Shown: piece after piece, positions 34,041-44,401 of the stretch
Layout of the letters: the number at the start of each line of letters is the position of its first letter
How positions within the stretch are numbered: position 1 is the first letter of the stretch
DNA from: a virus
Lineage: Duplodnaviria > Caudoviricetes
DNA length: 64,000 bases
Reading direction: 5' to 3' (one strand)
Virus record (IMG/VR): IMGVR_UViG_2681813215_000001
Span: 4,521-68,520 of that record
Notes under the pieces: generated by a model
Databases searched by the model: none
Told to the model about the DNA's origin: nothing
The model's input: the letters and a program-made list of their open reading frames with translations, nothing else
Made by a program: the position numbers and the translations under genes

Positions 34041-35420
34041 GTGGCGTCAACACCAGAAGAATGGCTCCCTATCCTGTCGAAGCGCATTGACGACAACATG
34101 GCCCGTGTGCGCCTCCTGGACCGATATGTATCCGGCGATGCACCACTACCGGAGGCGTCTAAGAACACCAGAGCCTCCTGGAAAGCGTTCCAGCGTGAAT
34201 CCCGCACCAACTGGGGGATGCTGATACGGGATTCGGTGGCAGACCGGATCGTCCCGAATGGAATTACGGTCGGCGGCTCGTCGGATTCGGATATTGCCAA
34301 GCAGGCGCAGCGGATTTGGCGAGACAACCGCATGGACGCCATCGCCAGGCAGTGGCTCGAATACGGCCTTACTTTCCGTGACTCGTTCTTGACCTGCTGG
34401 CAGGGTGACAACGGCGCTGTCATCACGGCGGATTCGCCAGAAACCATGTGCGTCGCAGCAGATCCGCTACAACCTTGGCGGGTTCGCGCAGGCATCCGAT
34501 ACTGGCGCGACATCGACGAACAGAAGGACTATGCGCTCGTCTGGGTAAATGGTGCGCGCCAAAAGTTCTCCCGCGACTGCTACGTACCAAACATCAACTC
34601 AAAGCGCCTCCTGTCTCGCATATCCGGTCAGTGGGATCCGGCGGGACCACTCATTGAAACCGCAGGTGCCCCACCGATCGTCGTGTACGCAAACCCGGGC
34701 GGCCAGGGCGAGTTTGAGCCCCACATTGACATCATCAACCGCATCAACCGCGGAATTTTGGAACGCATGTCCACCATGGCGATTCAGGCATTCCGCCAGC
34801 GGGCTCTGCAGTCGGATCTGAACAATCCACTGCCGACAACCGACGAGCACGGCAACGCCATCGATTACGCCGCCATATTCGAGCCCGCACCAGGCGCCCT
34901 ATGGGACCTACCCCCCGGCGTGAAGATCTGGGAGTCGCAGACAACCGACATTATGCCGATGCTGAATGCGTCCAAAGAAGACATCAGACAGCTCTCCGCG
35001 GCCACAAAGACCCCCTTGCCGGTACTTATGCCAGATAGCGCGAATCAGTCCGCTGAGGGCGCTCTGAACACCGAGAAGGGCTTCATTTTCAAGTGTGATG
35101 CACGCCTTGCGGTTGCAAAGCTCGGGCTGGAAGCGATTTTGGTCAAGGCGCTCGAAACTGAGGGTGTAACGGACATCCCGACCGTGGATGTCTCGTTTGA
35201 ATCCCCAGCTCGCGTTACCTTGTCCGAGAAATACTCTGCCGCGGCACAGGCTAAAGCCGCTGGGGAGTCGTGGGGATCGATCGCACGGAACATCCTCAAC
35301 TACTCGCCCGACCAGATCAACCAAGACGCCCTGGATCGCGCCAAAGAGCAGCTGTCATTGTTCGGCGCACAGAACCAGAATCAACCTCCTCAACAGCCAG
35401 TGACCGGTGGACCACGCTGA
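34041..35420 (+). CDS. Portal protein (SPP1 gp6-like)
   Basis: LDRYVSGD, RTNWG, AFRQR, FKCDAR; follows terL. Confidence 0.92.
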   Translation: MASTPEEWLPILSKRIDDNMARVRLLDRYVSGDAPLPEASKNTRASWKAFQRESRTNWGMLIRDSVADRIVPNGITVGGSSDSDIAKQAQRIWRDNRMDAIARQWLEYGLTFRDSFLTCWQGDNGAVITADSPETMCVAADPLQPWRVRAGIRYWRDIDEQKDYALVWVNGARQKFSRDCYVPNINSKRLLSRISGQWDPAGPLIETAGAPPIVVYANPGGQGEFEPHIDIINRINRGILERMSTMAIQAFRQRALQSDLNNPLPTTDEHGNAIDYAAIFEPAPGALWDLPPGVKIWESQTTDIMPMLNASKEDIRQLSAATKTPLPVLMPDSANQSAEGALNTEKGFIFKCDARLAVAKLGLEAILVKALETEGVTDIPTVDVSFESPARVTLSEKYSAAAQAKAAGESWGSIARNILNYSPDQINQDALDRAKEQLSLFGAQNQNQPPQQPVTGGPR

Positions 35421-36162
35421 TTACGCCGCCGCCGTCGCGGAACTAAGACGGCGGCTACTGGCCTACGCCGCAACAGTGTGGAGCCAAGTTGAACTAGACG
35501 ATGCGGGACTGGAACGCCTCATCGAGTTGATGGCCCCAACCGTGTTGGCGGCCCAATTGCAGGTCGGGAATCTGACCTCGGTGTACTTCGCCGAAGTCGC
35601 CGGGGTACAAGCCATCCCAGCGGGGGGTGCGATCACCACGGCCCGCGGGGTTGCCCCGGAGGTTGTGTACGCACGCCCGGTAATCACTGCGCGTACCGCG
35701 CTCGCACGTGGAAAACCGGTGCAGCAGGCCCTCGCCGCGGGCGGGCGCCGTCTGCAGAACATAGCTGGAACCGATTTGCAGATGGCGAAAGTTCGCCAAT
35801 CTCAGAGATCGTTAGAGCACAGCGGCAGGCAGTACTTCCGGCGCGTACCCACGGGTGCTGAGAACTGCGCTATGTGCCTGATTGCCGCAACGCAGCGCTA
35901 CAAAACTAAGCGGCTGATGCCCATCCACCCAGGATGCGACTGCAACATCGCCCCACTCTCACCTAGAGAGTCGGTCAGCCAAGTTATCGACCAGAACATG
36001 CTCGAAGCCACCCACACGCAGGTGAAAGCCTTCACCGACCTGCAGGACCGCGGCGGACGAGCCCCCGACTACCGCAAGCTGCTTGTCACGCACGAGCACG
36101 GCGAGGTAGGCCCAGTGATCGGATGGGCCGGACAACAGTTCACCTCCAAATCCGATCTGTAA
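35407..36162 (+). CDS. Head maturation / MuF-like protein
   Basis: FRRVPTGAENCAMC...PIHPGCDC. Confidence 0.8.
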   Translation: MDHADYAAAVAELRRRLLAYAATVWSQVELDDAGLERLIELMAPTVLAAQLQVGNLTSVYFAEVAGVQAIPAGGAITTARGVAPEVVYARPVITARTALARGKPVQQALAAGGRRLQNIAGTDLQMAKVRQSQRSLEHSGRQYFRRVPTGAENCAMCLIAATQRYKTKRLMPIHPGCDCNIAPLSPRESVSQVIDQNMLEATHTQVKAFTDLQDRGGRAPDYRKLLVTHEHGEVGPVIGWAGQQFTSKSDL

Positions 36163-36231
36163 AAGACTTCCCCCACAAGGGGGTTCGCCCGAACGGGCGC
36201 CAACCAATGCGCAACGCAAAGGAAAAATCAC

Positions 36232-36840
36232 ATGTCTGATGTGACCCCGAATGACATGCCGGGAGCCGTAACGGAACCGGGCGAACCCACTCCTGAAACT
36301 AAGCCGGAAGCCCCCCAAAACGAGGTTTTCACGGCCGAAGAGCGACAGGAGCTAGAGAAGCTTCGCGCAGCCCGCGTAGAGGAACGACGCTGGGAAAAAC
36401 GTGCGAAAGAAAACTTCGACGACGCCAACAAATGGCGAGAACTCCTCGAAAAGACTGGTGCGGATAAGAAGTCCGATTTCGACCCGAGGGCCGAAATCGA
36501 CAAGATCCGAGCAGAACTCACCTCCGAACGCACGGAACGACTGCGCACAGAGGTAGCCCGCACCACTGGCGTTGACCCTGACGACATCAAGGGCAACACC
36601 GAAGAAGAGATGCGCGCATCCGCTGAACGCTGGCAACAGCGCTTCAATGCGCGCCTCGAAGAGGCCATGAAGTCGAAGACTGCACCGGCGGCAGCACCGG
36701 CAGCCGAGGTCACCACAGACACAAAAGTCACTGGGCCGAAACAAATCACGACCCACGACGAACTCAAATCCCTGTCCCCAGCAGACCGGATGGCCGCCTA
36801 CAAAGACGGACGTCTGGACGAGCTGATGGGCAAGAAGTAA
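36232..36840 (+). CDS. Scaffolding protein
   Basis: RRWEKRAKEN; charged coiled coil before the capsid gene. Confidence 0.85.
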   Translation: MSDVTPNDMPGAVTEPGEPTPETKPEAPQNEVFTAEERQELEKLRAARVEERRWEKRAKENFDDANKWRELLEKTGADKKSDFDPRAEIDKIRAELTSERTERLRTEVARTTGVDPDDIKGNTEEEMRASAERWQQRFNARLEEAMKSKTAPAAAPAAEVTTDTKVTGPKQITTHDELKSLSPADRMAAYKDGRLDELMGKK

Positions 36841-36858
36841 CTCCCGAAAGGAGTAGTC

Positions 36859-37680
36859 ATGGCTATCACCAATTTCATCCCCGAGCTATGGAGCGCAGCG
36901 CTGATGGAGCGCTGGAAGGCGGAGAACGTCTTCGCCGCCCTGGTTGACCGTCGATACGAAGGTCTCGCCACCAAGGGCAACACCGTCCACATCACCGGCG
37001 TCGTCCCCCCGACCGTGAAGGACTACAAGGCCGCGGGCCGACTCACCTCCGCAGACGCGATCACCGACACCCGAGTTTCGCTGTCGATCGACCAGGAGAA
37101 GTCCATCGACTTCTACGTCGATGACATCGACGAAGCGCAGGCAGCCGGCTCGCTGGAGGACTACACCAACGCTGGCGCCGACGCCCTCGTAGCCGACTCC
37201 GACCAGTTCATCGCTAACCGTCTGGTCGCGGACGGCAGCAACCTCGCTTACTCCAGCCTCACGACTGGCGACGGAGCATTCAACGTCATTCGTGACGCAG
37301 TGGTAGCGATGAACAAGGCCAATGTCCCCAACGCCGGCCGTGTCGCGGTTATCAACGCCGCCTACGCCGGTCTGCTGCAGGGCGCCGACTCGAAGCTCAC
37401 CAGCTTTGAAAAGGCTGGAGACAACAACGGCCTGCGCAACGGCACCATCGGGCAGCTTTTGAACGTCCGAATCGTGATGTCGAACAACCTGCCCGAGACC
37501 GACTCGCCACAGGCCGTCTTCTTCCACCCGACCGCCTACGCGTTCGTGTCGCAGATCGACGAGATCGAAGGCATGCGAGCGGAGAACAAGTTCGCCGACC
37601 GTGTCCGTGCGCTGCACGTGTACGGCGGCAAGGTCGTTCGCCCCACCGGCGTTCTGGTCTTCAACGAGCTGGGCAGCTAG
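36859..37680 (+). CDS. Major capsid protein
   Basis: FIPELWSA...GNTVHI...IDQEK...ALHVYGGKVVRP. Confidence 0.93.
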   Translation: MAITNFIPELWSAALMERWKAENVFAALVDRRYEGLATKGNTVHITGVVPPTVKDYKAAGRLTSADAITDTRVSLSIDQEKSIDFYVDDIDEAQAAGSLEDYTNAGADALVADSDQFIANRLVADGSNLAYSSLTTGDGAFNVIRDAVVAMNKANVPNAGRVAVINAAYAGLLQGADSKLTSFEKAGDNNGLRNGTIGQLLNVRIVMSNNLPETDSPQAVFFHPTAYAFVSQIDEIEGMRAENKFADRVRALHVYGGKVVRPTGVLVFNELGS

Positions 37681-38252
37681 TGCTGGCATCTCCCGCTGAC
37701 GTCGCCGCAGCCCTAGGACTGGCCGACGAGAACGAGCTCACCGACTCCCAGCAGGCCCGTGTAGAGGGCCTACTGGAGAGGGTGTCTCGAGTGTTTCAGC
37801 GGGAGGCTGGCCGCACCTTCACCGCAGGTTCGGTGACCGTGCGCGCGCACATCGTGGACGGACGGGTACACCTACCCGACCCGCCCACCGGTGCAAGCGT
37901 CACGGTCACCGACCTCGAAGGTGAATCCATCGACGGTGTAATCGAAGACGACTACGTGAACGTCACCCGTAACGGGTGCCGCATTCCCACCGGGGAGATT
38001 GTCTACGTCGAGTACACCCGCGATGAACCACCGGCTTCCGTGGTTTCGGCTGTAGCGGCGATCGTTGCACGAAACCTCACTGTCGAACCCGGATCGGTGG
38101 AGTCGCAGTCCACGGACATCACTGCTGGCGCCGACTATCGGCAACGGCTAGCGGATTGGGTTTCATCGACCGCCCTACTGACCAGAGATGAGCTGGCTGA
38201 GGCGCGAAGCTACCGCTACCCCGTCCCTAACGTGATCATCCACCGCCTGTGA
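37680..38252 (+). CDS. Head-to-tail adaptor
   Basis: MLASPADVAAALG; synteny. Confidence 0.8.
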   Translation: MLASPADVAAALGLADENELTDSQQARVEGLLERVSRVFQREAGRTFTAGSVTVRAHIVDGRVHLPDPPTGASVTVTDLEGESIDGVIEDDYVNVTRNGCRIPTGEIVYVEYTRDEPPASVVSAVAAIVARNLTVEPGSVESQSTDITAGADYRQRLADWVSSTALLTRDELAEARSYRYPVPNVIIHRL

Positions 38253-38584
38253 GCTTCCAGTCGCTCGCCCGAATCCCGGTGACACACACTCCCGTAACGG
38301 GAGTCACCCAAGACGGTATGGGCAACGACGTACCCACCTTCGGCACGCCAGTGTCAAAGAAGGCGTACTCATTCGGCACCCACAGGGCCGAAAACCTGGA
38401 TGGGCACACATCGCAAGATGTCGCGGAGCGCGACCTAGCCATCCCGCCCCTAGCGGTCAGTCTGATGGACCGCTTCACTGTCAACGGTGTGACGTACGAA
38501 ACCGTCGGTGTGCGTGATCAAACCGGCGGATTCCACGGCTGGAAACCGGGCATCGTTGTCGAGCTCAAAAAGGTGACCGGCTGA
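38249..38584 (+). CDS. Head-to-tail stopper
   Basis: DRFTVNGVTYETVG...FHGWKPG. Confidence 0.8.
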   Translation: MSFQSLARIPVTHTPVTGVTQDGMGNDVPTFGTPVSKKAYSFGTHRAENLDGHTSQDVAERDLAIPPLAVSLMDRFTVNGVTYETVGVRDQTGGFHGWKPGIVVELKKVTG

Positions 38585-38862
38585 TGGCCAAGCTCAAGTT
38601 CAACAAGAAGAACTGGAACGCCACCGTTCGGAAAATAATCGACACCGACGGCGTAGAGCGCATGCAACGCGTCGCCGACGCCTGCAACCAAGGCTTAGAG
38701 ACCGACGAAGCCCCCGGATACAGGGTCTCCACCGAAGGCGATGAGCCACTATCCAAGCGCGGATATCGTGCCACCGTCATCACCGCCGAAGTGGAATCCA
38801 TCGTCGACAACGCCGAAAACAACACCCTCGTAAGGAACCTACACCTCGCAGGAGGTGACTAA
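38584..38862 (+). CDS. Neck/tail completion protein (HK97 gp10-like position)
   Basis: Synteny; DNAENNTLVR. Confidence 0.7.
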   Translation: MAKLKFNKKNWNATVRKIIDTDGVERMQRVADACNQGLETDEAPGYRVSTEGDEPLSKRGYRATVITAEVESIVDNAENNTLVRNLHLAGGD

Positions 38863-39237
38863 ATGTTCCCCTACGCACCAAAAGTTGTCCGCGACTACCT
38901 CGCGGCCCAAACAGGTATACGGGTATCCGGTGACGTTCCCACCAACCGCCCGAACCCACTGATCACCGTCAGCTCTGTGCCGATAGGGCCAGAACTTGAA
39001 GGTGTGAAACAACGAATTCTGTCGAAACGACGCCTGATCATCCAATGCTGGAACACAAGCGAAGTCACCGCAGGCGAGCTCGCCGAGCAAGTACGAGACC
39101 TTCTTCTGCAGGCCCCGTATGAACACATCGGCATACGCCGCGTCAACATCGTCGGCGAACCAGCCAAATGGAATGAGCCTGTAACAGGTTCTCCGCGTTT
39201 CCAACTCACGGTAGACGTGCTTCTGCGCGCTACCTAA
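38863..39237 (+). CDS. Tail terminator
   Basis: Synteny; RLIIQCW...PRFQLTV. Confidence 0.8.
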   Translation: MFPYAPKVVRDYLAAQTGIRVSGDVPTNRPNPLITVSSVPIGPELEGVKQRILSKRRLIIQCWNTSEVTAGELAEQVRDLLLQAPYEHIGIRRVNIVGEPAKWNEPVTGSPRFQLTVDVLLRAT

Positions 39238-39285
39238 ACACCCTTTCTGGTCCCGGCTGCACCGTGCCTTGAAAGGGGCAAAATC

Positions 39286-39873
39286 ATGGCGTCTGACGTC
39301 AAAAATGTTTACGCTGCCGAGCCTTTGGCGACCGGGTCATGCCTTGTTGCACCCCTCGGCACCACACTCCCCACCACAGTGAGCGCAACCCTAAATGTTG
39401 CGTTCGTCGACCTCGGATACATCGGCGAAGACGGATTCACCGAGACCATGGAGCGCACGACCGAAGAAAAGAAAGCCTTCGGCGGCGACACGGTCAAGGT
39501 TCTGCAGACCGAGTACAACCACACCTTCCAGTTCGTTCTCCTTGAATCACTCAAGGGTGATGTCCTGAAGGCGATCTACGGCGAGTCCAACGTGACGATC
39601 ACTCCGGCTAACGGTTCCCACGGAACCCAGGTTGCGGTCAAGAAGAACTCGAAGAAGCTCCCGCACATGTCGTGGGTCATCGACACCACTGACACCGAGC
39701 TGGATGCCAAGTACCGCAACGTCATCCCCGATGGACAGATCACCGAAGTCGGTGACGTGACCATCGTGCACTCGGACACCATCTCCTACGAGGTGACTGT
39801 CAAGTGCTTCAAGGATGCGGACGGCAACTACGTCTACCTGTACACCGACGACGGTCAGGTAACCGGCTCATAG
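39286..39873 (+). CDS. Major tail protein
   Basis: DLGYIGEDG...AFGGDTV...IPDGQITEVGDVT. Confidence 0.92.
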   Translation: MASDVKNVYAAEPLATGSCLVAPLGTTLPTTVSATLNVAFVDLGYIGEDGFTETMERTTEEKKAFGGDTVKVLQTEYNHTFQFVLLESLKGDVLKAIYGESNVTITPANGSHGTQVAVKKNSKKLPHMSWVIDTTDTELDAKYRNVIPDGQITEVGDVTIVHSDTISYEVTVKCFKDADGNYVYLYTDDGQVTGS

Positions 39874-39962
39874 CCCCGGCGGGGCTTGTTCTTCTGATGC
39901 AGCCGGGACCGCAGGCCCCGCCGGTCTAACCGGCTGCGCTAACAATCACCGAAAGGCTGCAG

Positions 39963-40220
39963 ATGTTCGTCTACAAATTTGAACTCGGCGAAGGCGATGA
40001 AAAAGTCGAGCACACAATCGCTTTGAAGCCATTCGACCAGATACCTACAGGCGTGCTGCGAAAGAACCGGGACGACGCTGAGGCGGGAATGTGGGCGATG
40101 TTCGAATGGGCGCTGACCGAAAAGGATCTGGAGCTGTTCGACCAGATGCCAGCCAAGAAGGTTAATGAGCTGATGACCGCTTGGCAGAAGGATGCCAACG
40201 TCGACGCCCCAAAATCCTAG
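39963..40220 (+). CDS. Tail assembly chaperone (short form)
   Basis: Between the major tail and tape measure genes. Confidence 0.85.
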   Translation: MFVYKFELGEGDEKVEHTIALKPFDQIPTGVLRKNRDDAEAGMWAMFEWALTEKDLELFDQMPAKKVNELMTAWQKDANVDAPKS

Positions 40221-40651
40221 CGCTTCTAGCGCTCATTGATGAGCATCGGGACGCGCTAGAAGCCGACCTACTCAACGCAGGTTTCCGGTTACGGCACTGT
40301 CCTTCACCGGAATTCACGTGGCGAGACCTGCATGTGTTCGTGATGTTCCTAGATCGTAAATCCAGACTGTTTCAGCAGCTACATCCAGACAAGGCCGATT
40401 GGACATTGACCAACCGGCTCCTAGCGATGGTTGTCAACTGCCTGCGCCTACTCCTGTGGTCGAAGTCCAAAGACGGTCAAAAGAACCGCAAGCGGCCATC
40501 GATGATCGGCCCGGACATGCAAGACAAGAGCTCGGAACGTAAGGGCTCAAATGTGAAAGCCGCACCGCTGTCACGGATCAAGGCGGCACTCGGGCGCGGT
40601 GACGATCTGGACGACAAGAGCAGGAAACTGCGGAATGTATTTGGGAGGTGA
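39963..40651 (+). CDS. Tail assembly chaperone, -1 frameshift-extended form
   Basis: Slippery C CCA AAA at 40208-40214; the -1 frame reads PKILALL...ALEADLL. Confidence 0.82.
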
Positions 40652-40654
40652 ACT

Positions 40655-43600
40655 GTGGCAACTGAACTCGCGGCAGGATACCTATCCTTAACAGTTAAGT
40701 ACAAAGAAGCCCAAAAGGGCATCGGCGCACTCTTTGACAACGCCCAAAAGCAGGCGCTGAAGTCTGGCGACAAGGCCGGAGCGGACTTCTCGAAGGCCGC
40801 GTTGGCGTCTGGCGCAAAGTGGAACTCTGCGAGCAAGTGGTGGTCCCCCTTTACGCGGGGGGCCGCAGCTGAAGGGCAGAAGGCTGGCCAGCAGTTCACT
40901 CGCGGTGCGGAATCGGCAACCTCACGCGGCCGGGTCACCTCGTTGTTCTCGGGTGCCGCACGTACCGCTCAGGTAGAGGGGACGGCTGCTGGATCACGCT
41001 TTGGCGAGGGATTCAAGTCGGCACTGAAAGCTTCCGGGGTTGTTGCCGCAGCCGGCGCCTTGGCCGTGGGGTTCAAGGCTGCGATAACTACCGGCGTCGA
41101 TTTCGAGCGGACCATGAACACCCTCTCGGGCGTCACTGGCGCTACTGCGGATCAGATGGGCCTACTTCGTCAGCGCGCCAAGGATCTTGGTAACGACGTA
41201 AGCCTGTCCAGCACGTCCGCTGTCGACGCATCCCAGGCTATGACCGAACTGGCCAAGGCCGGTTTCACTGTCGAACAGTCCATGACTGCAGCCAAGGGCA
41301 CTCTGCAGTTGGCTGCAGCGGCACAGATCTCAGCCGCAGAAGCAGCAAAGATTCAGGCCAACGCTCTACAGGTCTTCGGCCTGAACGCCGATTACGCGGC
41401 TAAAGCCTCAGACGTTCTAGCGAACGTCGCAAACGCTACTTCGGCCGACATTACCGATGTAGCGTTCGCGATGCAGGCCGGTGGCTCTGTGGCGTCCCAG
41501 TTCGGCTTAACCCTGGAAGACACCGCTGCCGCGATCGGCATGCTGACAGCGAACGGCATCAAGGGCTCCGACGCGGGCACCCTGCTAAAGGCCACCCTGC
41601 TGGCGCTGACTGACCAGTCCAACCCCGCCCAGGGTGCGATTGAAGAACTTGGCCTAACCGTGTACAACGCGAGCGGCCAGTTTGTCGGCATGAGTTCGCT
41701 ATTGGGGCAGCTGGGTGAAGCCGCAAAGCGTATGACCCCCGAGATGTACCAGGCCGCCACCGGAACACTCTTCGGCTCCGACGCGGCCCGCCTAGCCGGT
41801 GTTGCGGCAAAGGAAGGCAGCGTGGGGTATGACCGGCTCCGTAAGGCCGTCGACAGGCAGGGCGCCGCAGCAGATCTAGCCGCAGCGCAGAATCAGGGAC
41901 TACCCGGCGTTATTGAGCGGATGAAGAATGCTGTAGAGACCGCCTCGATCACATTCTTTGAGCTCATTGACGGGCCGCTGCAGTCGGTCGGCGATGGATT
42001 GACGGGCTTTGTCAACACGATGCAAACAGCGTTTGCGTCAGACTCGGTCAAGCAGGCCGCATCAACCCTCGGAACCGTGATCGGTGGGCTGGGCAAGGCA
42101 ATTGGTGAGATTGCCGAAAATGTTGGCCCCGGTCTGATTTCGGGGATAAGTGGAGCGGTCAACCTGTTCGAGCGGTTTAAGGCCGTCATCATCCCGCTGG
42201 TTGCTGGGTTTGTGGCCTACAAGACGACCGTCCTGGTTATTATCGGGATCACCAAGTTGTGGGCTGCCGCTCAGGCGATCCTCAATATCGCATTGACCGC
42301 CAACCCGATCGGCTTGATCGTGGCCGCTATTGCGGCACTCGTCGCCGGTGTCATCCTGGCATACAAGAACTCTGAGACATTCCGCAAGATCGTCCAAACC
42401 GCCTGGGCCGCCATAAAAACAGTAGTTGGCGTGGCGTGGAACTTCCTAAAGACCGTGTTCGCGGCGATGAAACCCGCCTTTCAGGCGATCGGTACCGCCG
42501 CGATGTGGCTATGGGAGAACGCCATTAAGCCCGCCTGGGAAGGGATTAAACAAGTCATCGGCTTAGCGTGGGAAGTCGTATCGGACGTCTTCAACAACTG
42601 GGTGCGCGTTGGCAAGATTGTCGGCGAAGGCGCGATGTGGTTGTGGAACAACGCCATCGCGCCCGCTTGGGAGGGCATCAAGACGGCCATCAGCGCCGCA
42701 TGGGACTTCGTCTCCCCGATCCTCGACAAGTTCCAGGCCGGATGGGATGCCCTTAAGTCCGGCATCTCTGGTGCGGCAAGTGCGATCAAAGACGCTGTCA
42801 CATCTGCATTCTCAGGACTGGCTGCGGTCATTAAGGCGCCCCTGAAAGCCCTAGGCGCTTTCTTGTCGGCTATCCCCACTTCGGTATTCGGGTTTGAGGT
42901 TCCCGGAGCTGACAAACTCAATCAGTGGGGTAAGTCCCTGCAGGGGTTCTCCGGCGGCGGCCCGGTGCGTGGCCCCGGAACGGGTACCTCCGATTCGATC
43001 CTTGCGTGGCTATCCGATGGCGAGGGCGTCGTCACTGCCAAAGGCATGAACAACGGCGGCGCGGGAATTGTCGCCGCACTCAACGCCGGATGGGTCCCCT
43101 CGGCCTCATATCTGCGGGACATGATGATCCCAGGTTTCGCCGAGGGACTGAATCCTGGGGCGAACTACCTGCGGTCGATGGTGATGAAGCTGTGGCCGCA
43201 GATCTCCAATATTGGCGGGCGACGCTCCGAAGACGGATACGGGGAGCACTCGTCCGGAAACGCCATCGACATCATGATCCCCAACTACAACACCCCAATG
43301 GGCAAGGCGTTGGGCGATGCAGTCGCCGCATTCGTAGTGAAGAACGCACAAGTACTTGGTCTGGACGGGCTCATCTGGCGGCAAACTAGCTACGGCTACG
43401 GCGGTTCACTTACCGAAGGTAAGCCGATGTCCGACCGGGGCAGCGACACCCAGAACCACATGGACCACCTGCACGTAATGCTCGGCAAGGGACGTGGATC
43501 TGGCGCAGCCGCAGTCGGATTGCCCGCAAGCTCGGTGTCACTACCCGGCGCATCAGGCTCAGTTTCCCCACTCGGATTTGGAAGCGGATCGTCGGGACAA

Positions 43601-44401
43601 GGAGCGTCATCAAAGCAGGTTCGCGAAGCAGACGACCGCATCGATGACCTCTCCAACCGTCTCGACGTTACAGAGCAGGAACTCGCAGACCTCGAATCCA
43701 ATCCGAAGGCTAAGGAGACCACGAAGCAGCGCAAGCGCGACATGGTCGAGAAGCTCAAGCGCGATCTGCAGCAAGCCAAAGATGACCGCGCCGGGCTAGA
43801 CCTACAAGGCGGTGGATCAGGCTTCGGTGGATCGGCCAACAACCCGATCGCGAAGATTTCCGAGGGCCTCAAGGAACTGATGCCAAACTTCGGTGAACTC
43901 GCCGACACTGGGGTGGGCGGACTGACGGAAACGCTACTTCCCGACGGTTTCTCAAACCCGATGGACTGGGGCATATTCAAGGCCGGATCCACGCTCCTCA
44001 AATTCTTCGGTGGGCTCCGTAAGGAATCGGACGGCTCTCCGCTCTTGGGCGAAGGCGGGGCGGCATTCGCAAATATCGCGGGTGCCGCAATGGGCGGATC
44101 AGGAAGTGGTGTCGTAGATGCCATCACCGGCCTACTGCCACAACCGTTTGGCGGCGGCATGGCACAGCCCGGCGACTTCCAAGGTGGAAACCAGCTGGGG
44201 CGTCCAGGCATGGATCCTGCTGCGGCATTCGTGCCCGGCCAAAACCCCGGCACCGGCGGTGGCCCCACTGACCAGTCCACGAACGTCAACTTCAACGGAC
44301 CCGTCGGAGCCAATGCCGGGGATGTAGTCAACAAAGTCAACGACGGCTACAACTCCAACTGGCGCCGCAACTTCGGTACTGCACGAGTGGGGGCGCCCTA
44401 G
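40655..44401 (+). CDS. Tape measure protein (TP901-type core, peptidoglycan-hydrolase-like motif)
   Basis: Ala/Gly-rich 1248 aa; GPGTGTSDSI; EHSSGNAIDI...NHMDHLHV. Confidence 0.95.
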   Translation: MATELAAGYLSLTVKYKEAQKGIGALFDNAQKQALKSGDKAGADFSKAALASGAKWNSASKWWSPFTRGAAAEGQKAGQQFTRGAESATSRGRVTSLFSGAARTAQVEGTAAGSRFGEGFKSALKASGVVAAAGALAVGFKAAITTGVDFERTMNTLSGVTGATADQMGLLRQRAKDLGNDVSLSSTSAVDASQAMTELAKAGFTVEQSMTAAKGTLQLAAAAQISAAEAAKIQANALQVFGLNADYAAKASDVLANVANATSADITDVAFAMQAGGSVASQFGLTLEDTAAAIGMLTANGIKGSDAGTLLKATLLALTDQSNPAQGAIEELGLTVYNASGQFVGMSSLLGQLGEAAKRMTPEMYQAATGTLFGSDAARLAGVAAKEGSVGYDRLRKAVDRQGAAADLAAAQNQGLPGVIERMKNAVETASITFFELIDGPLQSVGDGLTGFVNTMQTAFASDSVKQAASTLGTVIGGLGKAIGEIAENVGPGLISGISGAVNLFERFKAVIIPLVAGFVAYKTTVLVIIGITKLWAAAQAILNIALTANPIGLIVAAIAALVAGVILAYKNSETFRKIVQTAWAAIKTVVGVAWNFLKTVFAAMKPAFQAIGTAAMWLWENAIKPAWEGIKQVIGLAWEVVSDVFNNWVRVGKIVGEGAMWLWNNAIAPAWEGIKTAISAAWDFVSPILDKFQAGWDALKSGISGAASAIKDAVTSAFSGLAAVIKAPLKALGAFLSAIPTSVFGFEVPGADKLNQWGKSLQGFSGGGPVRGPGTGTSDSILAWLSDGEGVVTAKGMNNGGAGIVAALNAGWVPSASYLRDMMIPGFAEGLNPGANYLRSMVMKLWPQISNIGGRRSEDGYGEHSSGNAIDIMIPNYNTPMGKALGDAVAAFVVKNAQVLGLDGLIWRQTSYGYGGSLTEGKPMSDRGSDTQNHMDHLHVMLGKGRGSGAAAVGLPASSVSLPGASGSVSPLGFGSGSSGQGASSKQVREADDRIDDLSNRLDVTEQELADLESNPKAKETTKQRKRDMVEKLKRDLQQAKDDRAGLDLQGGGSGFGGSANNPIAKISEGLKELMPNFGELADTGVGGLTETLLPDGFSNPMDWGIFKAGSTLLKFFGGLRKESDGSPLLGEGGAAFANIAGAAMGGSGSGVVDAITGLLPQPFGGGMAQPGDFQGGNQLGRPGMDPAAAFVPGQNPGTGGGPTDQSTNVNFNGPVGANAGDVVNKVNDGYNSNWRRNFGTARVGAP

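Noticed and set aside
39874-39962. GCAGCCGG...CCGGCTGC hairpin between major tail and TAC genes as an ncRNA
   Set aside because: More simply an mRNA structure or attenuator in the tail operon; no independent support.
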